From positions 9,238,001 to 9,302,000 of the forward strand of contig OZ024752.1 in NCBI GenBank assembly GCA_964016885.1: DNA of 64,000 nt, given 5' to 3'. The position numbers were made by a program, and so were the translations under genes. Below the pieces are notes generated by a model, which saw nothing but the letters and a program-made list of their open reading frames with translations, ran no database searches and had not been told where the DNA came from. Source of the DNA: Eledone cirrhosa. Lineage: Eukaryota. Of this stretch, positions 42,859 to 58,900 are shown piece by piece (position 1 is the first letter of the stretch; each line of letters starts with the position of its first letter).

Positions 42859-43624
42859 AATCAAATTACTAACGTTTAAAAAAGAAACTTGATGGCCATA
42901 ATTGGAAGGCTTTCCCCCTACGGTTGTGTCTGATTAAGGGTCATATGTGGTTAGACAACAACAACGACAACAACAACGGTAATATGACTATTACCAACCA
43001 CAGCAACTATTATCATCCGGTCAGTTAATAGCAAACTTTATCTCCTCATCATCATTATCCACCTCCCCTTCCTCCTCCTCCTCCTCCTCCTCCTCCTACT
43101 ACTACTAGATATAAGCGGACGCCTCTATGTGGTCGCTCGACTTGCTAGAAACAACTGCCAAATCCCATCAACTCCCACAGTGTAGTTCGAAGCATCTCTA
43201 AAAAATATCATTAATAAATCATGAGGCAACTTTGATCATAAGAACAGGTTTTCAGTTATTATGATCAACTATGGCTCACCTCAACATTGGGATACCCACG
43301 GCATGTTGAAAACCCTTCGCACGTGATTCTAAAAAGTTCTTTGTCGTTTGTATGAAGATAGACGAAAAACTCCAAAGGTATATGTAAATTAAACACCCAG
43401 TAAATTTGAGGAGCTGGAATATACGAACAATTTGTAACGGACGTAACAACATTGACAAGTAAAAGTTGTTAACACCAGGAAAATTCCGAGTCTTAGAAAG
43501 GGAAGCTTTATACATTTTACTGATAATAGCATAGATCTGAAGAGTACCATATATATAGAGTAGGCTATGCCGGCAGTATTAAACTCTTTAGCAGCATAAA
43601 TACTATGAAAAAATAAATTGCAGG

Positions 43625-44037
43625 TAGTGTGTTCCTTGATCCGGATGTGCAAAGGTCGAATTGTGCACAATTCGACCTTTGCACATCCGGATCAAGGAAC
43701 ACACTAAAACCAGGGCCTCGTCTTTCCGGAAACACATAGACAAATGCGGAAACAAAGACGGAAGGCCCATTGTCACAATTCTAGCGACTGAAAGAAACGT
43801 CGGCACGTTACGTATCAAAGAAGCGCTTTTTATCAAACGACTGCGACCGCAAATAAACAACCGATCAGAGAGAAGCGAAATGAGATGGCTGGTTTAAGTT
43901 AACAAGCGATGCAACAACACACAACACACGCACACACACGCAAACGAGACAACTACACACACACACGCACACACACACGGTAGCATTCCACCATACGAAC
44001 ATACTACACTACCAATACAGAGGAACAAAGCAATAAC

Positions 44038-44079
<42 letters not shown>

Positions 44080-44565
44080 AAGCGAGACAACAACACACGC
44101 ACACACACACACAATAACATTTAACTAAGAGGCAGAGAATGGACTGACAGCTAGCGCCATCCCACTCCCCCATTCGACCACTGACCTCTGTACGACCGAC
44201 CCCATTTCACGCGCACGCGCGCTCTGCCGAATACCTCAGATATTCAAAACAACAAACAGCGAAGGACACATTCCGGACCTGTCCGACAGACAATCTTTTC
44301 CCCCACCCCCGAAAACACCCCCAGTTGATGGATGTGAATCCGAAATATATAGGGACTATTAAATCTCTCCCAAGGTAACTCTCTCTTGTGTTGTTATTTT
44401 TATTCTATCCTTTATACTCTTCCCTTCATTCTACACATCTCACACATCTTATACACACCACGCATCTCAACGTACACCCACTTATATCTCTCTCTCCACC
44501 AACGGACCTTGTTACCCGGAGATTTACCCATTTGCATCGTCGAGGCTTCCAAACAACTTTAAGAT
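43625..44565 (+). mobile_element. 5'-truncated PLE (family N, probably Penelope/Poseidon-like): EN tail plus 3' UTR
   Basis: RPLHIRIKEH...FRKH...LRIKEALFIKRLRPQINNRSE, a perfect 82-bp palindrome at the 5' junction, a degenerate HHR at 44319-44354, and an end in (TA)n. Confidence 0.75.
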
Positions 44566-44569
44566 ATTT

Positions 44570-46197
<1,628 letters not shown>

Positions 46198-46631
46198 GGT
46201 GGCTGCCAACTCGTTTTCGAGTACGGCCACTACTTTATATCCATGTAGGAGAACCCCTACCGATGCGCTGAACGAGTGTGACTTTTTAGTCCAGCCAGCG
46301 ACTTGAAAACTCTGGTTCAAACACTACACTTGTGACAATTATTGACACATAGTGCTGGGCCCATGGTACCATGTGACGACAAGTGCAGAGAGATCTCCAG
46401 ATATAAAGCAATGCCTGTGCCGTGAAGCTTGTATAGTGAGCAAAGGCACTGCACAAAGCCAGTCCCACTCTCTTAACCAAGATGGTAATTACCAAAAAGA
46501 AGAACAAGTCAACATCATTGGATACCATCAGAGTTGCAGGTGTTATATCAGAGTTTTCCTTCTAGAATTCTGCCTTGACAAAGGCTAAGGTGTCATCTCT
46601 CCCGTATATACTTATACATACACACATACAT

Positions 46632-46709
<78 letters not shown>

Positions 46710-46756
46710 GGTGGCTGCCAACTCGTTTTCATATATATATACATATATATATATAC

Positions 46757-46789
<33 letters not shown>

Positions 46790-46917
46790 CATATATGTGT
46801 GTGTGTATGCTTACATGTGTATTTATGGGCATCTAAGTCTATGTAGGTATTTGTAAGTCTATGAATGTGTACGTGTGTATCTATGCGTATGTAAGTTATG
46901 TAAGTATGTGTAAGTCC

Positions 46918-49900
46918 ATGTATGTCAGTGTGTTTGTCAGTGTGTTTGTCAGTGTGTTTGTCAGTGTGTTTGACAGTGTGTTCCTCAGTGTGTATGTCAG
47001 TGTGTTTGACAGTGTGTATGTCAGTGTGTTTGTCAGTGTGTATGTCAGTGTGTTTGTCAGTGTGTTTGTCAGTGTGTATGTCAGAGAGTTTGTCAGTGTG
47101 TATGTCAGTGTGTTTGACAGTGTGTTTGTCAGTGTGTATGTCAGTGTGTTTGTCAGTGTGTTTGTCAGTGTGTATGTCAGTGTGTTTGACAGTGTGTTTG
47201 TCAGTGTGTATGTCAGAGAGTTTGTCAGTGTGTATGTCAGTGTGTATGTCAGTGTGTTTGACAGTGTGTTTGTCAGTGTGTATGTCAGTGTGTTTGTCAG
47301 TGTGTTTGTCAGTGTGTATGTCAGTGTGTTTGTCAGTGTGTTTGTCAGTGTGTTTGTCAGTGTGTTTGACAGTGTGTTTGTCAGTGTGTTTGACAGTGTG
47401 TTTGTCAGTGTGTTTGACAGTGTGTTTGTCAGTGTGTTTGACAGTGTGTTTGTCAGTGTGTATGTCAGTGTGTTTGTCAGTGTGTTTGTCAGTGTGTTTG
47501 ACAGTGTGTTTGTCAGTGTTTTTGACAGTGTGTATGTCAGTGTGTTTGTCAGTGTGTTTGTCAGTGTGTTTGTCAGTGTGTTTGACAGTGTGTTTCTCAG
47601 TGTGTATGTCAGTGTGTTTGTCAGTGTGTTTGTCAGTGTGTATGTCAGTGTGTATGTCAGTGTGTTTGACTGTGTTTGTCAGTGTGTATGTCAGAGAGTT
47701 TGTCAGTGTGTTTGTCAGTGTGTTTGTCAGTGTGTTTGACAGTGTGTTTGACAGTGTGTTTGACAGTGTGTATGTCAGTGTGTTTGTCAGTGTGTATGTC
47801 AGTGTGTTTGTCAGTGTGTATGTCAGTGTGTTTGACAGTGTGTATGTCAGAGAGTTTGTCAGTGTGTTTGTCAGTGTGTATGTCAGTGTGTATGTCAGTG
47901 TGTTTGACAGTGTGTTTGACTGTGTTTGTCAGTGTGTATGTCAGTGTGTATGTCAGTGTGTATGTCAGAACGTTTGTCAGTGTGTTTGTTAGTGTGTATG
48001 TCAGAGAGTTTGTCAGTGTGTTTGACAGTGTGTTTGTCAGTGTGTTTGACAGTGTGATTTTCACTGTGTATGTCAGTGTGTTTGTCAGTGTGTATGTCAG
48101 TGTGTATGTCAGTGTGTTTGACAGTGTGATTTTCACTGTGTATGTCAGTGTGTTTGTCAGTGTGTATGTCAGTGTGTATGTCAGTGTGTTTGACAGTGTG
48201 TTTGTCAGTGTGTATGTCAGAGAGTTTGTCAGTGTGTTTGTCAGTGTGTATGTCAGTGTGTATGTCAGTGTGTTTGACAGTGTGTATGTCAGAGAGTTTG
48301 TCAGTGTGTTTGACAGTGTGTATGTCAGTGTGTATGTCAGTGTGTTTGACAGTGTGTATGTCAGAGAGTTTGTCAGTGTGTTTGACAGTGTGTATGTCAG
48401 TGTGTATGTCAGTGTGTTTGTCAGTGTGTATGACAGTGTGTATGTCAGTGTGTTTGACAGTGTGATTTTCACTGTGTATGTCAGTGTGTTTGTCAGTGTG
48501 TATGACAGTGTGTATGTCAGTGTGTTTGACAGTGTGATTTTCACTGTGTATGTCAGTGTGTTTGTCAGTGTGTATGACAGTGTGTATGTCAGTGTGTTTG
48601 ACAGTGTGATTTTCACTGTGTATGTCAGTGTGTTTGTCAGTGTGTATGACAGTGTGTATGTCAGTGTGTTTGACAGTGTGATTTTCACTGTGTATGTCAG
48701 TGTGTTTGTCAGTGTGTATGACAGTGTGTATGTCAGTGTGTTTGACAGTGTGATTTTCACTGTGTATGTCAGTGTGTTTGTCAGTGTGTATGTCAGTGTG
48801 TATGTCAGTGTGTTTGACAGTGTGTTTGTCAGTGTGTATGTCAGAGAGTTTGTCAGTGTGTTTGTCAGTGTGTATGTCAGTGTGTATGTCAGTGTGTTTG
48901 ACAGTGTGTATGTCAGAGAGTTTGTCAGTGTGTTTGACAGTGTGTATGTCAGTGTGTATGTCAGTGTGTTTGACAGTGTGTATGTCAGAGAGTTTGTCAG
49001 TGTGTTTGACAGTGTGTATGTCAGTGTGTATGTCAGTGTGTTTGACAGTGTGTATGTCAGAGAGTTTGTCAGTGTGTTTGTCAGTGTGTATGTCAGAGAG
49101 TTTGTCAGTGTGTTTGTCAGTGTGTTTGTCAGTGTGTTTGTCAGTGTGTATGTCAGTGTGTTTGACAGTGTGTATGACAGTGTGTATGTCAGTGTGTTTG
49201 TCAGTGTGTATGTCAATGTGTATGTCAGTGTGTTTGTCAGTGTGTATGTCAGTGTGTATGTCAGTGTGTTTGTCAGTGTGTTTGTCAGTGTGTATGTCAG
49301 TGTGTTTGTCAGTGTGTATGTCAGTGTGTTTGACTGTGTTTGTCAGTGTGTATGTCAGAGAGTTTGTCAGTGTGTTTGTCAGTGTGTATGTCAGTGTGTT
49401 TGTCAGTGTGTATGTCAGAAAGTTTGTCAGTGTGTTTGTTAGTGTGTATGTCAGAGAGTTTGTCAGTGTGTTTGTCAGCATGTTTGTCAGTGTATATGTC
49501 AGTGTGTATGTCAGTGTGTATGTCAGTGTGTATGTCAGTGTGTTTGTCAGTGTGTATGTCAGAACGTTTGTCAGTGTGTTTGTTAGTGTGTATGTCAGAG
49601 AGTTTGTCAGTGTGTTTGTCAGTATGTTTGTCAGTGTGTTTGTCAGTGTGTATGTCAGTGTGTATGTCAGTGTCTTTGACAGTGTGATTTTCACTGTGTA
49701 TGTCAGAGAGTTTGTCAGTGTGTTTGTCAGTGTGTATGTCAGTGTGTATGTCAGTGTGTTTGACAGTGTGTTTGTCAGTGTGTATGTCAGAGAGTTTGTC
49801 AGTGTGTTTGTCAGTGTGTTTGTCAGTGTGTATGTCAGTGTGTATGTCAGTGTGTTTGACAGTGTGTATGTCAGAGAGTTTGTCAGTGTGTTTGACAGTG

Positions 49901-52900
49901 TGTATGTCAGTGTGTATGTCAGTGTGTTTGACAGTGTGTATGTCAGAGAGTTTGTCAGTGTGTTTGACAGTGTGTATGTCAGAGAGTTTGTCAGTGTGTT
50001 TGTCAGTGTGTTTGTCAGTGTGTTTGTCAGTGTGTATGTCAGTGTGTTTGACAGTGTGTATGACAGTGTGTATGTCAGTGTGTTTGTCAGTGTGTATGTC
50101 AATGTGTATGTCAGTGTGTTTGTCAGTGTGTATGTCAGTGTGTATGTCAGTGTGTTTGTCAGTGTGTATGTCAGTGTGTATGTCAGTGTGTTTGACTGTG
50201 TTTGTCAGTGTGTATGTCACAGAGTTTGTCAGTGTGTTTGTCAGTGTGTATGTCAGTGTGTATGTCAGTGTGTTTGACAGTGTGTTTGACAGTGTGTATG
50301 TCAGAGAGTTTGTCAGTGTGTTTGTCAGTGTGTATGTCAGTGTGTGTGTCAGTGTGTTTGTCAGTGTGTATGTCAGAAAGTTTGTCAGTGTGTTTGTTAG
50401 TGTGTATGTCAGAGAGTTTGTCAGTGTGTATGTCAGTGTGTTTGACAGTGTGTTTTTCACTGTGTATGTCAGAGAGTTTGTCAGTGTGTTTGTCAGTGTG
50501 TATGTCAGTGTGTATGTCAGAGAGTTTGTCAGTGTGTTTGTCAGTGTGTTTGTCAGTGTGTATGTCAGTGTGTATGTCAGTGTGTTTGACAGTGTGTATG
50601 TCAGAGAGTTTGTCAGTGTGTTTGACAGTGTGTATGTCAGTGTGTATGTCAGTGTGTATGTCAGTGTGTTTGACAGTGTGTTTGTCAGTGTGTATGTCAG
50701 AGAGTTTGTCAGTGTGTTTGTCAGTGTGTTTGTCAGTGTGTATGTCAGTGTGTATGTCAGTGTGTTTGACAGTGTGTTTGTCAGTGTGTATGTCAGAGAG
50801 TTTGTCAGTGTGTTTGTCAGTGTGTTTGTCAGTGTGTATGTCAGTGTGTATGTCAGTGTGTTTGACAGTGTGTATGTCAGAGAGTTTGTCAGTGTGTTTG
50901 ACAGTGTGTATGTCAGAGAGTTTGTCAGTGTGTTTGTCAGTGTGTATGTCAGAGAGTTTGTCAGTGTGTTTGTCAGTGTGTTTGTCAGTGTGTTTGTCAG
51001 TGTGTATGTCAGTGTGTTTGACAGTGTGTTTTTCACTGTGTATGTCAGTGTGTTTGTCAGTGTGTATGTCAATGTGTATGTCAGTGTGTTTGTCAGTGTG
51101 TATGTCAGTGTGTATGTCAATGTGTTTGTCAGTGTGTTTGTCAGTGTGTATGTCAGTGTGTATGTCAGTGTGTTTGACAGTGTGTTTGACAGTGTGTATG
51201 TCAGAGAGTTTGTCAGTGTGTTTGTCAGTGTGTATGTCAGTGTGTATGTCAGTGTGTTTGACAGTGTGTTTGTCAGTGTGTTTGTCAGTGTGTATGTCAG
51301 TGTATATGTCAGTGTGTTTGACAGTGTGTTTTTCACTGTGTATGTCAGAGAGTTTGTCAGTGTGTTTGTCAGTGTGTATGTCAGTGTGTATGTCAGTGTG
51401 TTTGACAGTGTGTTTGTCAGTGTGTTTGTCAGTGTGTATGTCAGTGTGTTTGACAGTGTGTATGACAGTGTGTATGTCAGTGTGTTTGTCAGTCTGTATG
51501 TCAATGTGTATGTCAGTGTGTTTGTCAGTGTGTATGTCAGTGTGTATGTCAGTGTGTTTGTCAGTGTGTTTGTCAGTGTGTATGTCAGTGTGTTTGTCAG
51601 TGTGTATGTCAGTGTGTTTGACTGTGTTTGTCAGTGTGTATGTCAGAGAGTTTGTCAGTGTGTTTGTCAGTGTGTATGTCAGTGTGTATGTCAGTGTGTT
51701 TGACAGTGTGTTTGACAGTGTGTATGTCAGAGAGTTTGTCAGTGTGTTTGTCAGTGTGTATGTCAGTGTGTTTGTCAGTGTGTATGTCAGAAAGTTTGTC
51801 AGTGTGTTTGTTAGTGTGTATGTCAGAGAGTTTGTCAGTGTGTTAGTCAGTGTGTTTGTCAGTGTGTTTGACAGTGTGTATGTCAGAGAGTTTGTCAGTG
51901 TGTTTGACAGTGTGTATGTCAGTGTGTATGTCAGTGTGTTTGACAGTGTGTATGTCAGAGAGTTTGTCAGTGTGTTTGACAGTGTGTATGTCAGAGAGTT
52001 TGTCAGTGTGTATGTCAGAGAGTTTGTCAGTGTGTTTGTCAGTGTGTTTGTCAGTGTGTATGTCAGTGTGTATGTCAGTGTGTTTGACAGTGTGTTTGTC
52101 AGTGTGTATGTCAGAGAGTTTGTCAGTGTGTTTGTCAGTGTGTTTGTCAGTGTGTATGTCAGTGTGTTTGACAGTGTGTATGACAGTGTGTATGTCAGTG
52201 TGTTTGTCAGTGTGTATGTCAATGTGTATGTCAATGTGTTTGTCAGTGTGTATGTCAGTGTGTATGTCAGTGTGTTTGTCAGTGTGTTTGTCAGTGTGTA
52301 TGTCAGTGTGTATGTCAGTGTGTTTGACAGTTTGTTTGACAGTGTGTATGTCAGTGTGTTTGACAGTGTGTTTCACAGTGTGTATATCAGAGAGTTTGTC
52401 AGTGTGTTTGTCAGTGTGTATGTCAGTGTGTATGTCAGTGTGTTTGTCAGTGTGTATGTCAGAACGTTTGTCAGTGTGTTTGTTAGTGTGTATGTCAGAG
52501 AGTTTGTCAGTGTGTTTGTCAGTGTGTTTGTCAGTGTGTTTGTCAGTGTGTATGTCAGTGTGTTTGACAGTGTGTATGACAGTGTGTATGTCAGTGTGTT
52601 TGTCAGTGTGTATGTCAATGTGTATGTCAGTGTGTTTGTCAGTGTGTATGTCAGTGTTTATGTCAGTTTGTTTGTCAGTGTGTTTGTCAGTGTGTATGTC
52701 AGTGTGTTTGTCAGTGTGTATGTCAGTGTGTTTGACTGTGTTTGTCAGTGTGTATGTCAGAGAGTTTGTCAGTGTGTTTGTCAGTGTGTATGTCAGTGTG
52801 TATGTCAGTGTGTTTGACAGTGTGTTTGACAGTGTGTATGTCAGAGAGTTTGTCAGTGTGTTTGTCAGTGTGTATGTCAGTGTGTTTGTCAGTGTGTATG

Positions 52901-55900
52901 TCAGAAAGTTTGTCAGTGTGTTTGTTAGTGTGTATGTCAGAGAGTTTGTCAGTGTGTTTGTCAGCATGTTTGTCAGTGTATATGTCAGTGTGTTTGACAG
53001 TGTGTTTTTCACTGTGTATGTCAGAGAGTTTGTCAGTGTGTTTGTCAGTGTGTATGTCAGTGTGTATGTCAGTGTGTTTGACAGTGTGTTTGTCAGTGTG
53101 TATGTCAGAGAGTTTGTCAGTGTGTTTGTCAGTGTGTTTGTCAGTGTGTATGTCAGTGTGTATGTCAGTGTGTTTGACAGTGTGTATGTCAGAGAGTTTG
53201 TCAGTGTGTTTGACCGTGTGTATGTCAGTGTGTATGTCAGTGTGTTTGACAGTGTGTATGTCAGAGAGTTTGTCAGTGTGTTTGACAGTGTGTATGTCAG
53301 AGAGTTTGTCAGTGTGTTTGTCAGTGTGTTTGTCAGTGTGTTTGTCAGTGTGTATGTCAGTGTGTTTGACAGTGTGTATGACAGTGTGTATGTCAGTGTG
53401 TTTGTCAGTGTGTATGTCAATGTGTATGTCAGTGTGTTTGTCAGTGTGTATGTCAGTGTGTATGTCAGTGTGTTTGTCAGTGTGTATGTCAGTGTGTATG
53501 TCAGTGTGTTTGACTGTGTTTGTCAGTGTGTATGTCAGAGAGTTTGTCAGTGTGTTTGTCAGTGTGTATGTCAGTGTGTATGTCAGTGTGTTTGACAGTG
53601 TGTTTGACAGTGTGTATGTCAGAGAGTTTGTCAGTGTGTTTGTCAGTGTGTATGTCAGTGTGTGTGTCAGTGTGTTTGTCAGTGTGTATGTCAGTGTGTG
53701 TGTCAGTGTGTTTGACAGTGTGTATGTCAGAGAGTTTGTCAGTGTGTTTGACCGTGTGTATGTCAGTGTGTATGTCAGTGTGTTTGACAGTGTGTATGTC
53801 AGAGAGTTTGTCAGCATGTTTGTCAGTGTATATGTCAGTGTGTATGTCAGTGTGTATGTCAGTGTGTATGTCAGTGTGTTTGTCAGTGTGTATGTCAGAA
53901 CGTTTGTCAGTGTGTTTGTTAGTGTGTATGTCAGAGAGTTTGTCAGTGTGTTTGTCAGTATGTTTGTCAGTGTGTTTGTCAGTGTGTATGTCAGTGTGTA
54001 TGTCAGTGTCTTTGACAGTGTGATTTTCACTGTGTATGTCAGAGAGTTTGTCAGTGTGTTTGTCAGTGTGTATGTCAGTGTGTATGTCAGTGTGTTTGAC
54101 AGTGTGTTTGTCAGTGTGTATGTCAGAGAGTTTGTCAGTGTGTTTGTCAGTGTGTTTGTCAGTGTGTATGTCAGTGTGTATGTCAGTGTGTTTGACAGTG
54201 TGTATGTCAGAGAGTTTGTCAGTGTGTTTGACAGTGTGTATGTCAGTGTGTATGTCAGTGTGTTTGACAGTGTGTATGTCAGAGAGTTTGTCAGTGTGTT
54301 TGACAGTGTGTATGTCAGAGAGTTTGTCAGTGTGTTTGTCAGTGTGTTTGTCAGTGTGTTTGTCAGTGTGTATGTCAGTGTGTTTGACAGTGTGTATGAC
54401 AGTGTGTATGTCAGTGTGTTTGTCAGTGTGTATGTCAATGTGTATGTCAGTGTGTTTGTCAGTGTGTATGTCAGTGTGTATGTCAGTGTGTTTGTCAGTG
54501 TGTATGTCAGTGTGTATGTCAGTGTGTTTGACTGTGTTTGTCAGTGTGTATGTCACAGAGTTTGTCAGTGTGTTTGTCAGTGTGTATGTCAGTGTGTATG
54601 TCAGTGTGTTTGACAGTGTGTTTGACAGTGTGTATGTCAGAGAGTTTGTCAGTGTGTTTGTCAGTGTGTATGTCAGTGTGTGTGTCAGTGTGTTTGTCAG
54701 TGTGTATGTCAGAAAGTTTGTCAGTGTGTTTGTTAGTGTGTATGTCAGAGAGTTTGTCAGTGTGTATGTCAGTGTGTTTGACAGTGTGTTTTTCACTGTG
54801 TATGTCAGAGAGTTTGTCAGTGTGTTTGTCAGTGTGTATGTCAGTGTGTATGTCAGAGAGTTTGTCAGTGTGTTTGTCAGTGTGTTTGTCAGTGTGTATG
54901 TCAGTGTGTATGTCAGTGTGTTTGACAGTGTGTATGTCAGAGAGTTTGTCAGTGTGTTTGACAGTGTGTATGTCAGTGTGTATGTCAGTGTGTATGTCAG
55001 TGTGTTTGACAGTGTGTTTGTCAGTGTGTATGTCAGAGAGTTTGTCAGTGTGTTTGTCAGTGTGTTTGTCAGTGTGTATGTCAGTGTGTATGTCAGTGTG
55101 TTTGACAGTGTGTTTGTCAGTGTGTATGTCAGAGAGTTTGTCAGTGTGTTTGTCAGTGTGTTTGTCAGTGTGTATGTCAGTGTGTATGTCAGTGTGTTTG
55201 ACAGTGTGTATGTCAGAGAGTTTGTCAGTGTGTTTGACAGTGTGTATGTCAGAGAGTTTGTCAGTGTGTTTGTCAGTGTGTATGTCAGAGAGTTTGTCAG
55301 TGTGTTTGTCAGTGTGTTTGTCAGTGTGTTTGTCAGTGTGTATGTCAGTGTGTTTGACAGTGTGTTTTTCACTGTGTATGTCAGTATGTTTGTCAGTGTG
55401 TATGTCAATGTGTATGTCAGTGTGTTTGTCAGTGTGTATGTCAGTGTGTATGTCAATGTGTTTGTCAGTGTGTTTGTCAGTGTGTATGTCAGTGTGTATG
55501 TCAGTGTGTTTGACAGTGTGTTTGACAGTGTGTATGTCAGAGAGTTTGTCAGTGTGTTTGTCAGTGTGTATGTCAGTGTGTATGTCAGTGTGTTTGACAG
55601 TGTGTTTGTCAGTGTGTTTGTCAGTGTGTATGTCAGTGTATATGTCAGTGTGTTTGACAGTGTGTTTTTCACTGTGTATGTCAGAGAGTTTGTCAGTGTG
55701 TTTGTCAGTGTGTATGTCAGTGTGTATGTCAGTGTGTTTGACAGTGTGTTTGTCAGTGTGTTTGTCAGTGTGTATGTCAGTGTGTTTGACAGTGTGAATG
55801 ACAGTGTGTATGTCAGTGTGTTTGTCAGTCTGTATGTCAATGTGTATGTCAGTGTGTTTGTCAGTGTGTATGTCAGTGTGTATGTCAGTGTGTTTGTCAG

Positions 55901-58900
55901 TGTGTTTGTCAGTGTGTATGTCAGTGTGTTTGTCAGTGTGTATGTCAGTGTGTTTGACTGTGTTTGTCAGTGTGTATGTCAGAGAGTTTGTCAGTGTGTT
56001 TGTCAGTGTGTATGTCAGTGTGTATGTCAGTGTGTTTGACAGTGTGTTTGACAGTGTGTATGTCAGAGAGTTTGTCAGTGTGTTTGTCAGTGTGTATGTC
56101 AGTGTGTTTGTCAGTGTGTATGTCAGAAAGTTTGTCAGTGTGTTTGTTAGTGTGTATGTCAGAGAGTTTGTCAGTGTGTTAGTCAGTGTGTTTGTCAGCA
56201 TGTTTGTCAGTGTATATGTCAGTGTGTTTGACAGTGTGTTTTTCACTGTGTATGTCAGAGAGTTTGTCAGTGTGTTTGTCAGTGTGTATGTCAGTGTGTA
56301 TGTCAGTGTGTATGTCAGTGTGTATGTCAGTGTGTTTGACAGTGTGTTTGTCAGTGTGTATGTCAGAGAGTTTGTCAGTGTGTTTGTCAGTGTGTTTGTC
56401 AGTGTGTATGTCAGTGTGTATGTCAGTGTGTTTGACAGTGTGTATGTCAGAGAGTTTGTCAGTGTGTTTGACCGTGTGTATGTCAGTGTGTATGTCAGTG
56501 TGTTTGACAGTGTGTATGTCAGAGAGTTTGTCAGTGTGTTTGACAGTGTGTATGTCAGAGAGTTTGTCAGTGTGTATGTCAGAGAGTTTGTCAGTGTGTT
56601 TGTCAGTGTGTTTGTCAGTGTGTATGTCAGTGTGTATGTCAGTGTGTTTGACAGTGTGTTTGTCAGTGTGTATGTCAGAGAGTTTGTCAGTGTGTTTGTC
56701 AGTGTGTTTGTCAGTGTGTATGTCAGTGTGTTTGACAGTGTGTATGACAGTGTGTATGTCAGTGTGTTTGTCAGTGTGTATGTCAATGTGTATGTCAGTG
56801 TGTTTGTCAGTGTGTATGTCAGTGTGTATGTCAGTGTGTTTGTCAGTGTGTTTGTCAGTGTGTATGTCAGTGTGTATGTCAGTGTGTTTGACAGTTTGTT
56901 TGACAGTGTGTATGTCAGTGTGTTTGACAGTGTGTTTCACAGTGTGTATATCAGAGAGTTTGTCAGTGTGTTTGTCAGTGTGTATGTCAGTGTGTATGTC
57001 AGTGTGTTTGTCAGTGTGTATGTCAGAACGTTTGTCAGTGTGTTTGTTAGTGTGTATGTCAGAGAGTTTGTCAGTGTGTTTGTCAGTGTGTTTGTCAGTG
57101 TGTTTGTCAGTGTGTATGTCAGTGTGTTTGACAGTGTGTATGACAGTGTGTATGTCAGTGTGTTTGTCAGTGTGTATGTCAATGTGTATGTCAGTGTGTT
57201 TGTCAGTGTGTATGTCAGTGTTTATGTCAGTTTGTTTGTCAGTGTGTTTGTCAGTGTGTATGTCAGTGTGTTTGTCAGTGTGTATGTCAGTGTGTTTGAC
57301 TGTGTTTGTCAGTGTGTATGTCAGAGAGTTTGTCAGTGTGTTTGTCAGTGTGTATGTCAGTGTGTATGTCAGTGTGTTTGACAGTGTGTTTGACAGTGTG
57401 TATGTCAGAGAGTTTGTCAGTGTGTTTGTCAGTGTGTATGTCAGTGTGTTTGTCAGTGTGTATGTCAGAAAGTTTGTCAGTGTGTTTGTTAGTGTGTATG
57501 TCAGAGAGTTTGTCAGTGTGTTTGTCAGCATGTTTGTCAGTGTATATGTCAGTGTGTTTGACAGTGTGTTTTTCACTGTGTATGTCAGAGAGTTTGTCAG
57601 TGTGTTTGTCAGTGTGTATGTCAGTGTGTATGTCAGTGTGTTTGACAGTGTGTTTGTCAGTGTGTATGTCAGAGAGTTTGTCAGTGTGTTTGTCAGTGTG
57701 TTTGTCAGTGTGTATGTCAGTGTGTATGTCAGTGTGTTTGACAGTGTGTATGTCAGAGAGTTTGTCAGTGTGTTTGACCGTGTGTATGTCAGTGTGTATG
57801 TCAGTGTGTTTGACAGTGTGTATGTCAGAGAGTTTGTCAGTGTGTTTGACAGTGTGTATGTCAGAGAGTTTGTCAGTGTGTTTGTCAGTGTGTTTGTCAG
57901 TGTGTTTGTCAGTGTGTATGTCAGTGTGTTTGACAGTGTGTATGACAGTGTGTATGTCAGTGTGTTTGTCAGTGTGTATGTCAATGTGTATGTCAGTGTG
58001 TTTGTCAGTGTGTATGTCAGTGTGTATGTCAGTGTGTTTGTCAGTGTGTATGTCAGTGTGTATGTCAGTGTGTTTGACTGTGTTTGTCAGTGTGTATGTC
58101 AGAGAGTTTGTCAGTGTGTTTGTCAGTGTGTATGTCAGTGTGTATGTCAGTGTGTTTGACAGTGTGTTTGACAGTGTGTATGTCAGAGAGTTTGTCAGTG
58201 TGTTTGTCAGTGTGTATGTCAGTGTGTGTGTCAGTGTGTTTGTCAGTGTGTATGTCAGTGTGTGTGTCAGTGTGTTTGACAGTGTGTATGTCAGAGAGTT
58301 TGTCAGTGTGTTTGACCGTGTGTATGTCAGTGTGTATGTCAGTGTGTTTGACAGTGTGTATGTCAGAGAGTTTGTCAGTGTGTTTGACAGTGTGTATGTC
58401 AGAGAGTTTGTCAGTGTGTTTGTCAGTGTGTTTGTCAGTGTGTTTGTCAGTGTGTATGTCAGTGTGTTTGACAGTGTGTATGACAGTGTGTATGTCAGTG
58501 TGTTTGTCAGTGTGTATGTCAATGTGTATGTCAGTGTGTTTGTCAGTGTGTATGTCAGTGTGTATGTCAGTGTGTTTGTCAGTGTGTATGTCAGTGTGTA
58601 TGTCAGTGTGTTTGACTGTGTTTGTCAGTGTGTATGTCAGAGAGTTTGTCAGTGTGTTTGTCAGTGTGTATGTCAGTGTGTATGTCAGTGTGTTTGACAG
58701 TGTGTTTGACAGTGTGTATGTCAGAGAGTTTGTCAGTGTGTTTGTCAGTGTGTATGTCAGTGTGTGTGTCAGTGTGTTTGTCAGTGTGTATGTCAGAAAG
58801 TTTGTCAGTGTGTTTGTTAGTGTGTATGTCAGAGAGTTTGTCAGTGTGTTTGTCAGCATGTTTGTCAGTGTGTATGTCAGTGTGTTTGACAGTGTGTTTG

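Noticed and set aside
44319-44354. Functional HHR in family N
   Set aside because: The stems and GAAA-tata-TA fit, but the core reads CAGTTGA (two changes) in a single copy, so it is treated as degenerate.
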